Shown here one piece after another: positions 17,350-26,938 of a stretch of DNA of 64,000 bases (positions are counted from its first letter, which is position 1; every line of letters starts with the position of its first letter). The position numbers were made by a program, and so were the translations under genes. Origin of the DNA: a virus; the IMG/VR virus record IMGVR_UViG_3300013108_000188; one strand, given 5' to 3'. The notes beneath the pieces were generated by a model. The model saw nothing but the letters and a program-made list of their open reading frames with translations, was not told the origin of the DNA and made no database searches.

Positions 17350-17736
17350 TTACCTTAATGACAAGTGATATAATGTTTGAGAAGTAGTTTCTGCCATATC
17401 TTCTAACACAGAAATTATATCTTCAAATTGATTCAAATCATTTTGTTGTGTTATGTTATATGTTGCTTGTGAAACATCCTGTTGATATTGTACTATTTCT
17501 GAAGTGGTATGTTCTTTACTTTTATAATTTTGTAAAGTATGTTGTCCACTTTCAATATGTACTCTTTTATTTTGGTTACCTTGCCACGCTTCAACTAATT
17601 TATCGTTAAGGTCAGATAACTTTTTATGAAATTCTCCTAATGCTTCGTGTTCAGCATAACTATGTGTTTGCCAATGTGCTAATTGTATGTTGTTTAATAA
17701 AACAATTGTTTTACTTACTAGTGTTTCTATCATCAT
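17350..17736 (-). CDS. ferritin/Dps-like four-helix protein (DUF5856-like)
   Basis: HWQT.SYAEHEALG...D.LVE..QG motif. Confidence 0.7.
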   Translation of the reverse strand: MMIETLVSKTIVLLNNIQLAHWQTHSYAEHEALGEFHKKLSDLNDKLVEAWQGNQNKRVHIESGQHTLQNYKSKEHTTSEIVQYQQDVSQATYNITQQNDLNQFEDIISVLEDMAETTSQTLYHLSLR

Positions 17737-17737
17737 A

Positions 17738-17959
17738 TTATTTACTCCTAAAATCGTTCCAAAATTTTACTATTGGATTATCCTTATCTTCTTCTATTTG
17801 TTTTTCTTTTTTTTCTTTTGTGTATGTTCCTAAAAATAACGCAATCCCAAAACCTAAAATGGTTAATATTGTGCCACCTATTCCCAATGTCAAACCGTCA
17901 ACTATATCCATACTATCTTGTTTCTTCTGACTTAACATTGCCATTTTCGTCTCGTTCAA
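17738..17959 (-). CDS. small membrane protein
   Basis: Single TM. Confidence 0.5.
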   Translation of the reverse strand: MNETKMAMLSQKKQDSMDIVDGLTLGIGGTILTILGFGIALFLGTYTKEKKEKQIEEDKDNPIVKFWNDFRSK

Positions 17960-18386
17960 CTCCTGCGTTTCTATCTTCTTCTTCTGGCGTCATCTGGAAA
18001 GGTATACCTGATAAGTCTGTTTTAAGGTTCTTTGCTTCTCTATACTTATCATCTTCTAATCTTTGTGCCATTTCTTGTTCTGGTGTTTTAAAATTTGTTA
18101 TCTTGTTTTCTTCTAATAACTTCTGTATATCTCTTTTCTTTTCTCTAGCAACTCTTTCATCACGCTGTCTAAATGATTCTTGCATAGACGCTTCTAATTG
18201 TTCTTTTTCTTTATTTACTTCTGTTAAAAAGTCTTTGGTAGTTTGTGATAAATCTCCAACTTTAATTCTTGTTCCTGTTGCAATATCTTTTGCTTCGTGT
18301 GCCTGAGCAATTGGATGAGTATTCTTTAACTCTTTTTCAACTTCTTTTTGTTTCTGTTCTTCTGCGTCTAAAAATAAATCTGTCAT
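17913..18386 (-). CDS. charged hypothetical protein
   Basis: ATGA overlap with the upstream gene. Confidence 0.55.
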   Translation of the reverse strand: MTDLFLDAEEQKQKEVEKELKNTHPIAQAHEAKDIATGTRIKVGDLSQTTKDFLTEVNKEKEQLEASMQESFRQRDERVAREKKRDIQKLLEENKITNFKTPEQEMAQRLEDDKYREAKNLKTDLSGIPFQMTPEEEDRNAGVERDENGNVKSEETR

Positions 18387-18883
18387 TGTGTTACCTCAAA
18401 CCATTTTGGTTTTCTACTAGGTATTTTCCAAGTAGCAATATCTTTCTTTTCGTTTATATAATATTTTCTATATGAAGCAACTACATCACCATCTATCTTA
18501 CAATAATCAGGCATAGCAGGTGTTGGTAGTGTACCTATTTTAGCTAAAGGTATATTTTTAGGTGGGTTTTTTAAAATATCATTAAGTTTATCAAACGACA
18601 TATGATTTTTTGTTTTATTATATCTTAATTTATATTCATCGTTCATAGCAACCCAATGTCTGTACAACCACACATAATTCCATAATGATTCTCTTACCCA
18701 CTTGGCACTAGGATGATTTTTATGAGTTGATTTATATAAATTCTCATTAGCATTATCTCCATCTAGTTCTCTATGAGCAGTACTCATAAGTTGAGCAGAT
18801 TCTAATATCATTTTAACAATGTGTTTATCACACATCATTTGTACTGCTTTAATCGGGTCTTCGTCTAAACAAAATATATTCAT
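18383..18883 (-). CDS. pyrimidine-dimer DNA glycosylase-like protein (DenV family)
   Basis: MNIF.LDEDP..A....DKHIVKMILESAQL, H.NHPSAKWVR, YRKYY. Confidence 0.75.
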   Translation of the reverse strand: MNIFCLDEDPIKAVQMMCDKHIVKMILESAQLMSTAHRELDGDNANENLYKSTHKNHPSAKWVRESLWNYVWLYRHWVAMNDEYKLRYNKTKNHMSFDKLNDILKNPPKNIPLAKIGTLPTPAMPDYCKIDGDVVASYRKYYINEKKDIATWKIPSRKPKWFEVTQ

Positions 18884-19027
18884 TAATTAACTCTATTAAA
18901 TTTAATAGACAATTGTTTCCATACTCCAGTCCAAAACATTTTTGCCCATTTTGATTGTGCTTTATTCATCATTGTTTCAGCGTTCTTAATCAATTCATTT
19001 TTTCTTTTATCAGTATACATAAGTTTC

Positions 19028-19056
19028 ATTATACACCATTTCCTTGTTGTTGTCAA
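19028..19056 (-). promoter_or_regulatory. sigma70-type early promoter
   Basis: TTGACA-17-TATAAT. Confidence 0.8.
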
Positions 19057-20103
19057 CTACTCAATTTTAGACTTTACTAGTGTTTTATCAACACCTTTTG
19101 GTTCACTTGCGTTCCAATCAAGTATTTGGTCCATTTTTATACGAATCTCATCTGGATCCAGACCCATATCTCTTAATTCTTTATTTCCTAATGCAAGAAA
19201 AAACTTCTCGTAATCTTCATTGGTTAAGTTCTTTTTAGCTAGTTTCTTAAAAAATTCTTTATAATTACCTATCTGTTTCTTTGCTTCTTTAATCTTCTCG
19301 TTTTCTCTTTTAATCTGTAAATCTAACTTTTTAATATCATATTGTTTCTTCTTACTTCGTAATTTACTCCAACCTGATAATGATATATTAGCAGCAATTA
19401 ATAATAATACTGCCAATGGGTCAAATACAAATATCAATACTATTATAACCGCTCTAACTGCTTCATCAAAGTAGTCTTTGGCATTATCACCATATATTAG
19501 TTCTGCGATGTATTTAAGAGGTCCTACTTCTGCCTCTAACATCTTCGTCTCTAATTCAAATTCTTGTTTCTTTAACATCAACTCATCAATCTTATCCATT
19601 GCATTGTTGATTGCTAAATTAAGTTCTTCTCGTTCTTCTTTTTGTTTCTTTCTCTCTTTTAGACCTCTACTTACATATTCTTTTGCAATATAAACATCTA
19701 ACGCTTTGTCTAATCTTTCTAAAGTCTTTTCTGCTCGTACTATTACTCGTTCTTCTTGTAATATTTGTTTATCAATTAAAACAATTCTAGTTTCATTTGT
19801 TGTGGTAGGTTTAACTTGGTCTAAATGTGCCTTTGATAGGAAACCAAATATACCCATTGAGGTAACAAATACTAACACAACTACGGAGGTTGTCAAGTAG
19901 TATTTTATGGACTTCGGCAGTAATGGATTTCTCCAGTTCTGATATAACCAAGAAGCGGTAACTAACTTACCAACTTCTAATACTGCACCCATTATTATAA
20001 TAGGTACTTTTGCACCAGCGAATATGGCAGCTAAACCTAAAATACTATAAAAGGCAGCTACGCCTGAAATACTTAATGCCGCTAAAAATGCTAATATACC
20101 CAT
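19057..20103 (-). CDS. multi-TM coiled-coil membrane protein
   Basis: Three N-terminal TMs, coiled coil, EVGPLKYIAEL, VFDPLAV. Confidence 0.75.
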   Translation of the reverse strand: MGILAFLAALSISGVAAFYSILGLAAIFAGAKVPIIIMGAVLEVGKLVTASWLYQNWRNPLLPKSIKYYLTTSVVVLVFVTSMGIFGFLSKAHLDQVKPTTTNETRIVLIDKQILQEERVIVRAEKTLERLDKALDVYIAKEYVSRGLKERKKQKEEREELNLAINNAMDKIDELMLKKQEFELETKMLEAEVGPLKYIAELIYGDNAKDYFDEAVRAVIIVLIFVFDPLAVLLLIAANISLSGWSKLRSKKKQYDIKKLDLQIKRENEKIKEAKKQIGNYKEFFKKLAKKNLTNEDYEKFFLALGNKELRDMGLDPDEIRIKMDQILDWNASEPKGVDKTLVKSKIE

Positions 20104-20104
20104 T

Positions 20105-20413
20105 TTATCTCCTGATAACTATATATTCATATCCTTCCACATTTTCTAATTTCTTTTGTGTGAATATGTAATTTCTGTTATCTAAAAATAGTCTCATCTT
20201 TTTAAATATCTTATTAGATTGTCTTCCTGGAAAACAAGACATCACATCTTTTTGCCAATTGCCTGTGAAATATATCTTGCGTTCTCCTCGTCTCATCCTT
20301 TCAAAGGTCAAAAATGCTTGTTCAATCATTTTCTTTAAAAAAGGATCCATATAAGGACGATTATCTTCCTTAATGTTATTATAACTTTCATCTTCCCAAT
20401 TATTTGGTCTCAT
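20105..20413 (-). CDS. hypothetical protein
   Basis: Tightly coupled ORF. Confidence 0.55.
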   Translation of the reverse strand: MRPNNWEDESYNNIKEDNRPYMDPFLKKMIEQAFLTFERMRRGERKIYFTGNWQKDVMSCFPGRQSNKIFKKMRLFLDNRNYIFTQKKLENVEGYEYIVIRR

Positions 20414-21123
20414 TACATTTGTTCCTCTAGTTTTCTTATCTTTTTAATAATTCTGATTACTCGTTCTGGATAATCAGGTGTAGTGGAAAATTTATCAAGT
20501 GTTTTTACCAACTCAATTGGGTCCATTTTGCCATATAAAGAAAGTTGTTTTATTCTCAACTTTCTAAATCTCTCATAAGCAGGATGCTCGTTCATTAATC
20601 TAATATATTCTTTTACACTATCGCATTTCGTAGCGAATACTCTTACTCCCCAACCAGGCCACTTCTCCATACCTTCAGGTAGCATATGTGGTTGTGTTGT
20701 TTTAAATACTCTTATGCCAAATAAGTTGTTTGCTTTTTCTGCAAATCTACTATTACCCCAAGCACTTTCCAAAACTGCCTGTGCCGTAACCATTTCATAT
20801 GGTACTCTATTATGCGATGGTGTTGTGAAGTTTAAATAGTCAATACATTTATGGACTGCCCTAACAAACTGCATATCATTATTAAATTCAAAAGCAGGTT
20901 CTCTTAAATCTAGTTCTTTTAATTTGTCTAGGTATTTGTTTTCAAATTCTTTTTCGTATTTGTGTAAGATGTAATTGTTTGGATGAAAGGTTCCCACTAG
21001 ATATATGGAACCAAATAATAGTCCTATGCCCAATATTCTCTTTGTCCATTTTTTAACAGACACAACTGCATTACTGACTTCTTTATTAATTTTTTGTTTC
21101 ACTTTTCCCATAATGTTTTTCAA
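20413..21123 (-). CDS. membrane-anchored GH73 glucosaminidase (Bax/FlgJ-like)
   Basis: AQAVLESAWGNSRFA..ANNLFGIR, YxxxMN.HPAY, FSTTPDY; N-terminal TM. Confidence 0.85.
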   Translation of the reverse strand: MKNIMGKVKQKINKEVSNAVVSVKKWTKRILGIGLLFGSIYLVGTFHPNNYILHKYEKEFENKYLDKLKELDLREPAFEFNNDMQFVRAVHKCIDYLNFTTPSHNRVPYEMVTAQAVLESAWGNSRFAEKANNLFGIRVFKTTQPHMLPEGMEKWPGWGVRVFATKCDSVKEYIRLMNEHPAYERFRKLRIKQLSLYGKMDPIELVKTLDKFSTTPDYPERVIRIIKKIRKLEEQM

Positions 21124-21126
21124 CTA

Positions 21127-21546
21127 TTAAACTATGTCAATTCCTGCTCTACTCATTTTATTTTTATATGAGTAAAACAACTTGTTATGATTACCACTAT
21201 CACCTCTTGTCATTTGAAACAGATGGACCATTTCGTGGCCAAGTGTATCAATAAATTCTTTCTTATTTTTATAGTGAGTACATAACTCTAAATGAAAGGC
21301 ACTAGTACCTTTTCTTTTCCATTCCCATTGTGTAACCTGTCCAAAACATCTTTGATTTCTTAAATCTTTTAAATGTACATCATTGAAAGGTTGTAATTCA
21401 TTATCAAATATCGCCTCGTTTATCCAGGCAAATACTTTCTTTATATCTTTATAGGTAGTTTTATATTTGTTTGTATGCTTATATTCTGATTTAACTCTTT
21501 TTTTAAGAGTAGCATACCTAACTGATTTAGGTTTTAGTGATGGCAT
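21127..21546 (-). CDS. SprT-like Zn metalloprotease
   Basis: N..IF...L, TLGHEMVH...H...F motif. Confidence 0.75.
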   Translation of the reverse strand: MPSLKPKSVRYATLKKRVKSEYKHTNKYKTTYKDIKKVFAWINEAIFDNELQPFNDVHLKDLRNQRCFGQVTQWEWKRKGTSAFHLELCTHYKNKKEFIDTLGHEMVHLFQMTRGDSGNHNKLFYSYKNKMSRAGIDIV

Positions 21547-21712
21547 AGTTCTCTCTCTTATTTGTTTCTGTTATTTTTCCAATCTTTGTATTCTAAATGT
21601 AGATATAGAAAAACACAACTAAAAACAATAATCCATATTTCTTTAGGTGCGATACTATACATAAGTTGCAATGTGTCAGCAACACTATAAATAAAATTTT
21701 CCATAAACCTCC

Positions 21713-22024
21713 CTAGTTAGTTTGGCTTTCTTTATATATTCTATCTGCGTCTTCCCTTATTTCAGCGGCAATGCCTTCTAAAATATTCGGCAAGTGTTTC
21801 TGTATAACAAAAGTCATATCAACTGCCATTCTATGGATAAGTCTTTCAACTTCGGCAGTTAAAACTTTCTTATGGTCTATATCGTTTCCGTTAACCGTTT
21901 GTGTGATTATGTGTGCTGTTGTAGCGGTAGTGTACTCGTCTGCTTTTGCGTGTTGCATAGTCAGGTGTAACCCTACTCCAAATAACCATATAAAAACACA
22001 TACTTTAATCATCAATTTAATCAT
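21713..22024 (-). CDS. exported hypothetical protein
   Basis: Signal peptide ending AKA; RBS GAAAGG; own promoter. Confidence 0.6.
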   Translation of the reverse strand: MIKLMIKVCVFIWLFGVGLHLTMQHAKADEYTTATTAHIITQTVNGNDIDHKKVLTAEVERLIHRMAVDMTFVIQKHLPNILEGIAAEIREDADRIYKESQTN

Positions 22025-22054
22025 AATATACCTTTCTCATCATTTATAGTATTT

Positions 22055-22083
22055 ATTATACACAAATTCGGACCCTTTGTCAA
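22055..22083 (-). promoter_or_regulatory. sigma70-type early promoter
   Basis: TTGACA-17-TATAAT. Confidence 0.8.
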
Positions 22084-22144
22084 GCAAAAAATTGACTATT
22101 TTTAAGGGATTTTATCAGTAAAAACCCCCTAAAAATCACTACTT

Positions 22145-22651
22145 TTATGTCTCAATTTTGACAAAATCATCATTCCAACTAAATGCTTCTTTTATTACAG
22201 CAGAAGTCAATCCTTTATAGATATTGTTAAGATTCTTATCCTTAACGCCTACCAACAACTTCGCTTCGTCTGCCGATAAACCTTCTAGCATTTGTATAAA
22301 AAGAGTTTCTTTTTTCACTTTAGTTAAGTTCATATCCGCACCGACTACAAAATGCCATAACCTTTTTGCTTCTTGGTCAAGGTAAGTGTGTTCAGTACCT
22401 AATGGTGCCTCGTTCTCAATGTACGGAGGAGTACCTTCAGGTAAATCCCATTTGATTTTTGGGTCAAACGCACCTTTTAACACTTGTCTCATAGCAGGAC
22501 TATCGTATTGTCTTAATACTTCAATCTTCCTTTGCTTGTCTTTGGCGTTATTAACTTTAGTAAAGATTTCGTGGAATGTCAGCACCATTGAAGACGCTGT
22601 AGCTGCCGCTTGTTTAAGGGCAGGATTTAATATACTTTTATTTTCAGCCAT
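22145..22651 (-). CDS. conserved T4-like marine phage protein (DUF6433-like)
   Basis: FDP.I.W.LPEG.PPY, KETLFIQMLEGL...EA; downstream of RNase H. Confidence 0.7.
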   Translation of the reverse strand: MAENKSILNPALKQAAATASSMVLTFHEIFTKVNNAKDKQRKIEVLRQYDSPAMRQVLKGAFDPKIKWDLPEGTPPYIENEAPLGTEHTYLDQEAKRLWHFVVGADMNLTKVKKETLFIQMLEGLSADEAKLLVGVKDKNLNNIYKGLTSAVIKEAFSWNDDFVKIET

Positions 22652-22675
22652 TTCATTTCCTCTTATATTGCAATA

Positions 22676-23539
22676 TTAAAAATCATTAATGTTTTCAATT
22701 AGTGATTTCAGTTTATAATTCATAAAATACGGTAATAGTTTGGACCTACTAGGTACTTTACAATTCTTATAGCTATTTATAATAGATTTTTCTAGTGATT
22801 TTGGTATCATAGTAAAGTCTATTAATTTCTTATTCCTATTATAATATTTCTTGGTCTCACTACCCAAAGGTATATCATCAACCTGTGCCCACTCTTCTAA
22901 TTTCTTCTTCGTTATAGGGTTTTGTTTCTTCTTCGTTGCAAATACATCATCGGCAGACAAGATGTTAGGAACACCATCACTTCGGTCACCTTTGATTATT
23001 TGTTCGTGTAAATATCTTCTAGGATTATCTTCTTTAACCATAATCTTCTGAATAGGAGAAAACTGAAACACATTTTTAAACTTCTGTAATTGTTTAAAAT
23101 CCTTATCACCCGATATAATAAGGTACTTTTTCTCCTCTTGTAGACCTACAATCACAGCAATTATATCATCTGCTTCTGCGTTGTCTACTGCAACTACTTT
23201 GTAAGGTAAGTTATCAGCAATCTCATCTTTAACTTCTAAAATGATTTTGAACATTAAGTCCCAATCACTTTTGCTTTCTTCTCTACCTTGTCTTCTACTC
23301 CATTTGTAATTAGGAAAGTAATCTCGTCTCCAAGGGTCAGCACTATCACAAGCAAGTACTAAATTATCTCTACCGTATTCATTACCAAACTTTCTAACAT
23401 AACCTCTTAATGAATTACAACACATATGCCTAACCATTTCTTTATTAACAACACCTACTTTAGTACCTTTCCAACTTTTCATTGTAATTTGTGCCATAAT
23501 ATTGCTAATCAATACTTGGTGCATATCTACGATAATCAT
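22676..23539 (-). CDS. rnh: T4-type RNase H (5'-3' flap exonuclease)
   Basis: IIVD, WRRDYFPNYK, EADDII, SGDKDFKQL, GDRSDGVPN. Confidence 0.95.
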   Translation of the reverse strand: MIIVDMHQVLISNIMAQITMKSWKGTKVGVVNKEMVRHMCCNSLRGYVRKFGNEYGRDNLVLACDSADPWRRDYFPNYKWSRRQGREESKSDWDLMFKIILEVKDEIADNLPYKVVAVDNAEADDIIAVIVGLQEEKKYLIISGDKDFKQLQKFKNVFQFSPIQKIMVKEDNPRRYLHEQIIKGDRSDGVPNILSADDVFATKKKQNPITKKKLEEWAQVDDIPLGSETKKYYNRNKKLIDFTMIPKSLEKSIINSYKNCKVPSRSKLLPYFMNYKLKSLIENINDF

Positions 23540-23745
23540 TATCTACCTAATTTATCTTTTCGTCCTAGTGGAAGTTTTTGCCATTTGGTCATTTCAGTAC
23601 CTTTCTTAGCAACCCACTCCATATAAACTATACTTTGTTTTACTTTGTTCTGAAAAGATTTAACTGCCTTTTTAAATCCAGATGATTCTATTTCTTCTAC
23701 TTCTCCATCATCTTTCCAGAATTTAAATATTCTCATCTTCGCCAT
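23539..23745 (-). CDS. hypothetical protein
   Basis: Coupled ORF with RBS. Confidence 0.55.
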   Translation of the reverse strand: MAKMRIFKFWKDDGEVEEIESSGFKKAVKSFQNKVKQSIVYMEWVAKKGTEMTKWQKLPLGRKDKLGR

Positions 23746-23854
23746 TATAATGTTCCTTGTAAATAATTTAATATCAATGATAAAGCAATTAAAACTCCTG
23801 CAATACCACCAATTCCTAATATGTATTTAATAATCGTATTTTTTATCTTTGTCA

Positions 23855-24076
23855 TTATTTTATATCCGTTCTTACTATATGTTTTCTTAATTCTTTTACA
23901 AAAAACTCTATCTTGTCTATGTATTCAATTAAACTTTTATCTGTAATATATCTTGTCTTCTCTTTTAATTGGTCATATTCTTTTATTGAAATCTGAACCA
24001 TTGGAGATAAATCTCTACTACCTTCGTTCTCTAATGTAGCGTCTAAACCTCTTTGTTTGTCATCACTATCCGTCAT
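23855..24076 (-). CDS. hypothetical protein
   Basis: ORF with AAGGA RBS. Confidence 0.55.
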   Translation of the reverse strand: MTDSDDKQRGLDATLENEGSRDLSPMVQISIKEYDQLKEKTRYITDKSLIEYIDKIEFFVKELRKHIVRTDIK

Positions 24077-24096
24077 AAAATTTCCTTATTAGTTAT

Positions 24097-24167
24097 TGAG
24101 GAAGAGTAGGGCGAAGTCCACGCTAGCTTTCTTCGCCCTTACAAGCAAACTAATGTTGCCTTCCTCA
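24097..24167 (-). ncRNA. candidate structured RNA element (three-stem junction)
   Basis: TGAGGAAG/CTTCCTCA closing stem enclosing GCAA..TTGC and AGGGCGAAG/CTTCGCCCT stems. Confidence 0.45.
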
Positions 24168-24177
24168 CCTTTAGGTA

Positions 24178-24483
24178 CTATGCTCTATTTGCGTAAGAGT
24201 AATCTGTACCGTAAAGTTTTTTAATACCAGCAGCTATAATAGCTCTAGTAGGAGTTCCAATTCTATATGAAGTACCTTTAACACCTTTGTTAATGTATAT
24301 CATATGTCCTTGTTCTCTTAATTTGTCAACCATAGCTCTTGGTGACATAAGGTCAAATCTTGTCCTTAATGTTTTCCAAGATACTGGTTCACCTTTTGAC
24401 AAAAGGTTTAACACCTTTTGCGTTTTAGATAATTTGGTTCTAGCCATTCTATCTTCTCCTTTATTAAATAAAAATTTAAACAT
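24178..24483 (-). CDS. small winged-helix-like DNA-binding protein
   Basis: KVLNLL..G.PVSW..L..RF....PRA.V..LR..G..IY.N...Y.IG pattern; probable start at MART. Confidence 0.55.
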   Translation of the reverse strand: MFKFLFNKGEDRMARTKLSKTQKVLNLLSKGEPVSWKTLRTRFDLMSPRAMVDKLREQGHMIYINKGVKGTSYRIGTPTRAIIAAGIKKLYGTDYSYANRA

Positions 24484-24553
24484 AATTGTTCAAACCTCCT
24501 TTTTATTTGTTGTGGCAAATCGCATTATAATGGTTTCCCACAAGCAAATTCTT

Positions 24554-25132
24554 TTATGCGTTCTCTGGACCTTCGTCATCATCAGGACCTAATGGTACTG
24601 GTGGTATGTTATTGTTATCAAATTCAGGTCCGTCTTTAAAATCAAAGTCTTCCGTAAATTGAAAGAAACCGTGATTACGATTATTTAAATCGTCTGAAAT
24701 ATCTTTATTAATTGGTTTTGTAGTTTTACTTGTCTCATCACTTATATTACTATATTCTATTCTAGCAGTCACCACACCAGCAGGATTCATACGCAACTTA
24801 ACAGAAGCATCCACAACTTTTTGTATAGGGTGTACCATATTAAATTGTCTGTATAATAATCCTCTAATTGAGTCCATAGATAATGCTAAATCTTTTGTAA
24901 ATACATCTTGTTTTGTATCTAATCCCATACCAACAAATCGTCTAACTAAATCTAATCCAATCTCATCTGTAGCAGTTTCTACAAATTTAGCGGCCTGATA
25001 TGCTCTCATCTTTTTAGCTGCCGTAGGGTCAGTAGGTTTAGGTGGTCGTTTTATTTTATTCTCTGGAAATAAAACAACATTTTTAAACGCATTTTTTGGT
25101 TTATCTTTCTTATCGTCTTTATCGTCTGTCAT
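24554..25132 (-). CDS. hypothetical protein
   Basis: 192-aa ORF with GAGGA RBS. Confidence 0.65.
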   Translation of the reverse strand: MTDDKDDKKDKPKNAFKNVVLFPENKIKRPPKPTDPTAAKKMRAYQAAKFVETATDEIGLDLVRRFVGMGLDTKQDVFTKDLALSMDSIRGLLYRQFNMVHPIQKVVDASVKLRMNPAGVVTARIEYSNISDETSKTTKPINKDISDDLNNRNHGFFQFTEDFDFKDGPEFDNNNIPPVPLGPDDDEGPENA

Positions 25133-25276
25133 TATATTCCTCTAGTCCACACTTCACACACGCACCAAATTTTGGTTTATGTACCGTATTATCTCCACAT
25201 TTGGAACAAAATATAAATTCTCCTTCTTCCTGAAAATTTACACTTCCAAAAACTCTTTTGTTTTCTACTTCGTTCA

Positions 25277-25543
25277 TTACTTGATGTTGCCTTTGAAATC
25301 TACTAAACCTTCATTATTGTAGTGTTCAATTAACTGATTATATCCACCAATCAGTTTTCCATCTATCTTTATCTGTGGCATTGACCTGACTTTTTTACCT
25401 ATGTCTTTTATCATATCGTCCACACTATCAAATTCTTCTAACTTCTTCTCAACAAAAGTGAGACCAAGTCCCTTTAGAAGGGACTTCGCCTTCACGCAAT
25501 AAACACAATTGTTTTTTGAATAAACAATTATCTTATTATCCAT
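25277..25543 (-). CDS. nrdC: glutaredoxin
   Basis: IVYSK.NCVYC.KAK, SMPQI.IDG..IGGY; start reassigned to MDNK. Confidence 0.9.
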   Translation of the reverse strand: MDNKIIVYSKNNCVYCVKAKSLLKGLGLTFVEKKLEEFDSVDDMIKDIGKKVRSMPQIKIDGKLIGGYNQLIEHYNNEGLVDFKGNIK

Positions 25544-26180
25544 CGTTCTTTTTTTCATTACTTGTACTCTCCACATCTTCAAATGCTTCAAGTGCTTTTA
25601 GTTTAATTTTATGACTATCAACTACTTCTGCAATTGTGTAATCATACATCTTATTAAACTCACCTAGAGGTAATCTTAAACCAATCCACGCTCTATAATA
25701 ACCTTTTTTCGTTCTGGTTACTTCCTGAGCAAAGATTTCATATCCTCTAACAGGTGTATTTGAAATAACATTAACTAAAGCAGTTTCAACATCTTCAACT
25801 ACCGTTTTCTGGTTTGTTTTTCCAATCTCGGTAACGAATATTTTTGCTTTCTTATTCATTTCACCTGCAACTATATCAGCCATTTCAGCTTTTGCAATTA
25901 GTTTTGCTTTCTCAATTGCAAGTTCTAAAGATGGAGATACAGAAGTTCCGACACCATAGATACAGACTTTATCGTCATCTTCACTTTTAACGATTGGCTT
26001 ATTCGCCCACATTGAAATATCGCAATGTTTCTTTTCGTCAAAGTTAGCCATATACCATTGTGGCACCTCGGTAACTATTTTATCACTCTCCTGTTTGATT
26101 TTGTACTTTGTAGAAGAGCAATTTGTAAGTAATACTGCAAATAGCAATACACCTACGGTCTTCCATATTGATTTATACAT
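25536..26180 (-). CDS. LPP20-like lipoprotein
   Basis: Lipobox LTNC; VP.WY and G.G.S..LE.A..KA motifs. Confidence 0.7.
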   Translation of the reverse strand: MYKSIWKTVGVLLFAVLLTNCSSTKYKIKQESDKIVTEVPQWYMANFDEKKHCDISMWANKPIVKSEDDDKVCIYGVGTSVSPSLELAIEKAKLIAKAEMADIVAGEMNKKAKIFVTEIGKTNQKTVVEDVETALVNVISNTPVRGYEIFAQEVTRTKKGYYRAWIGLRLPLGEFNKMYDYTIAEVVDSHKIKLKALEAFEDVESTSNEKKNDG

Positions 26181-26202
26181 TGTTTTTCACACTCCTTATT
26201 AC

Positions 26203-26231
26203 ATTATATAATAAATCGCTAAGTTTGTCAA
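26203..26231 (-). promoter_or_regulatory. sigma70-type early promoter
   Basis: TTGACA-17-TATAAT. Confidence 0.75.
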
Positions 26232-26329
26232 TAAGCTGATTGTCTTCTACATAGACAGCGACTTCGTTAAAAGTCATACCAGTTAACAACATAGCAAGGA
26301 GTCCAAGTATAATTAGATTTTTCGTCATA

Positions 26330-26938
26330 TTATCTTTTCTCCCATTTACCTTCTGTCGTTAAACACGCCGTTCCGAAGGTCTTAAAAGCGTGTGAAGGTT
26401 GAGAATACAACCTACAATATTCTGGTGCATTCAAATCTTTGTAATAGAAGGCAGCAAATAGTTCCCAATAACCTGGTTTCTTTGCTTTCTCTAACTCAAT
26501 TTGTTTTTCCAGTTCTGCAATTTTTTCCTTGTCTGTTTTACCGTGTTCGGTATCAGCACACTCCATAATTTCTTCCTTGATTATATCTCCATTATCAAGT
26601 TCTCTTATAACAATCTTAATAAAACACCATTGACCGTCTCTTTCAAATCTCTCTAGTGTAGTTTCTTTTAAAATCTTTTTCTTCTCGTTCTCACTTAATA
26701 GTTTTAATTTCGCCTGTACCTTTTCGTGTACTTCATTAACATAAATGACATCAACAGGTGCCGAATTAACTTGCATAATTTCACCTTCTTCGGGTTTAAC
26801 TTTTTTCATAACCCAAGTAGGTTCATTTGCCCCAGCGGTAATCGCCAGTAAAGACATAAACATCAAAAATATTGTTATGTATATTATAGTTCTCGGATTC
26901 ATCTTTTCTCCACCCAACGACCATCTGGCATTTGGCAA
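26330..26938 (-). CDS. exported hypothetical protein
   Basis: Signal peptide from MNPR; C-terminal CR.Y...GTAC...G.W shared with the upstream gene. Confidence 0.6.
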   Translation of the reverse strand: MPNARWSLGGEKMNPRTIIYITIFLMFMSLLAITAGANEPTWVMKKVKPEEGEIMQVNSAPVDVIYVNEVHEKVQAKLKLLSENEKKKILKETTLERFERDGQWCFIKIVIRELDNGDIIKEEIMECADTEHGKTDKEKIAELEKQIELEKAKKPGYWELFAAFYYKDLNAPEYCRLYSQPSHAFKTFGTACLTTEGKWEKR

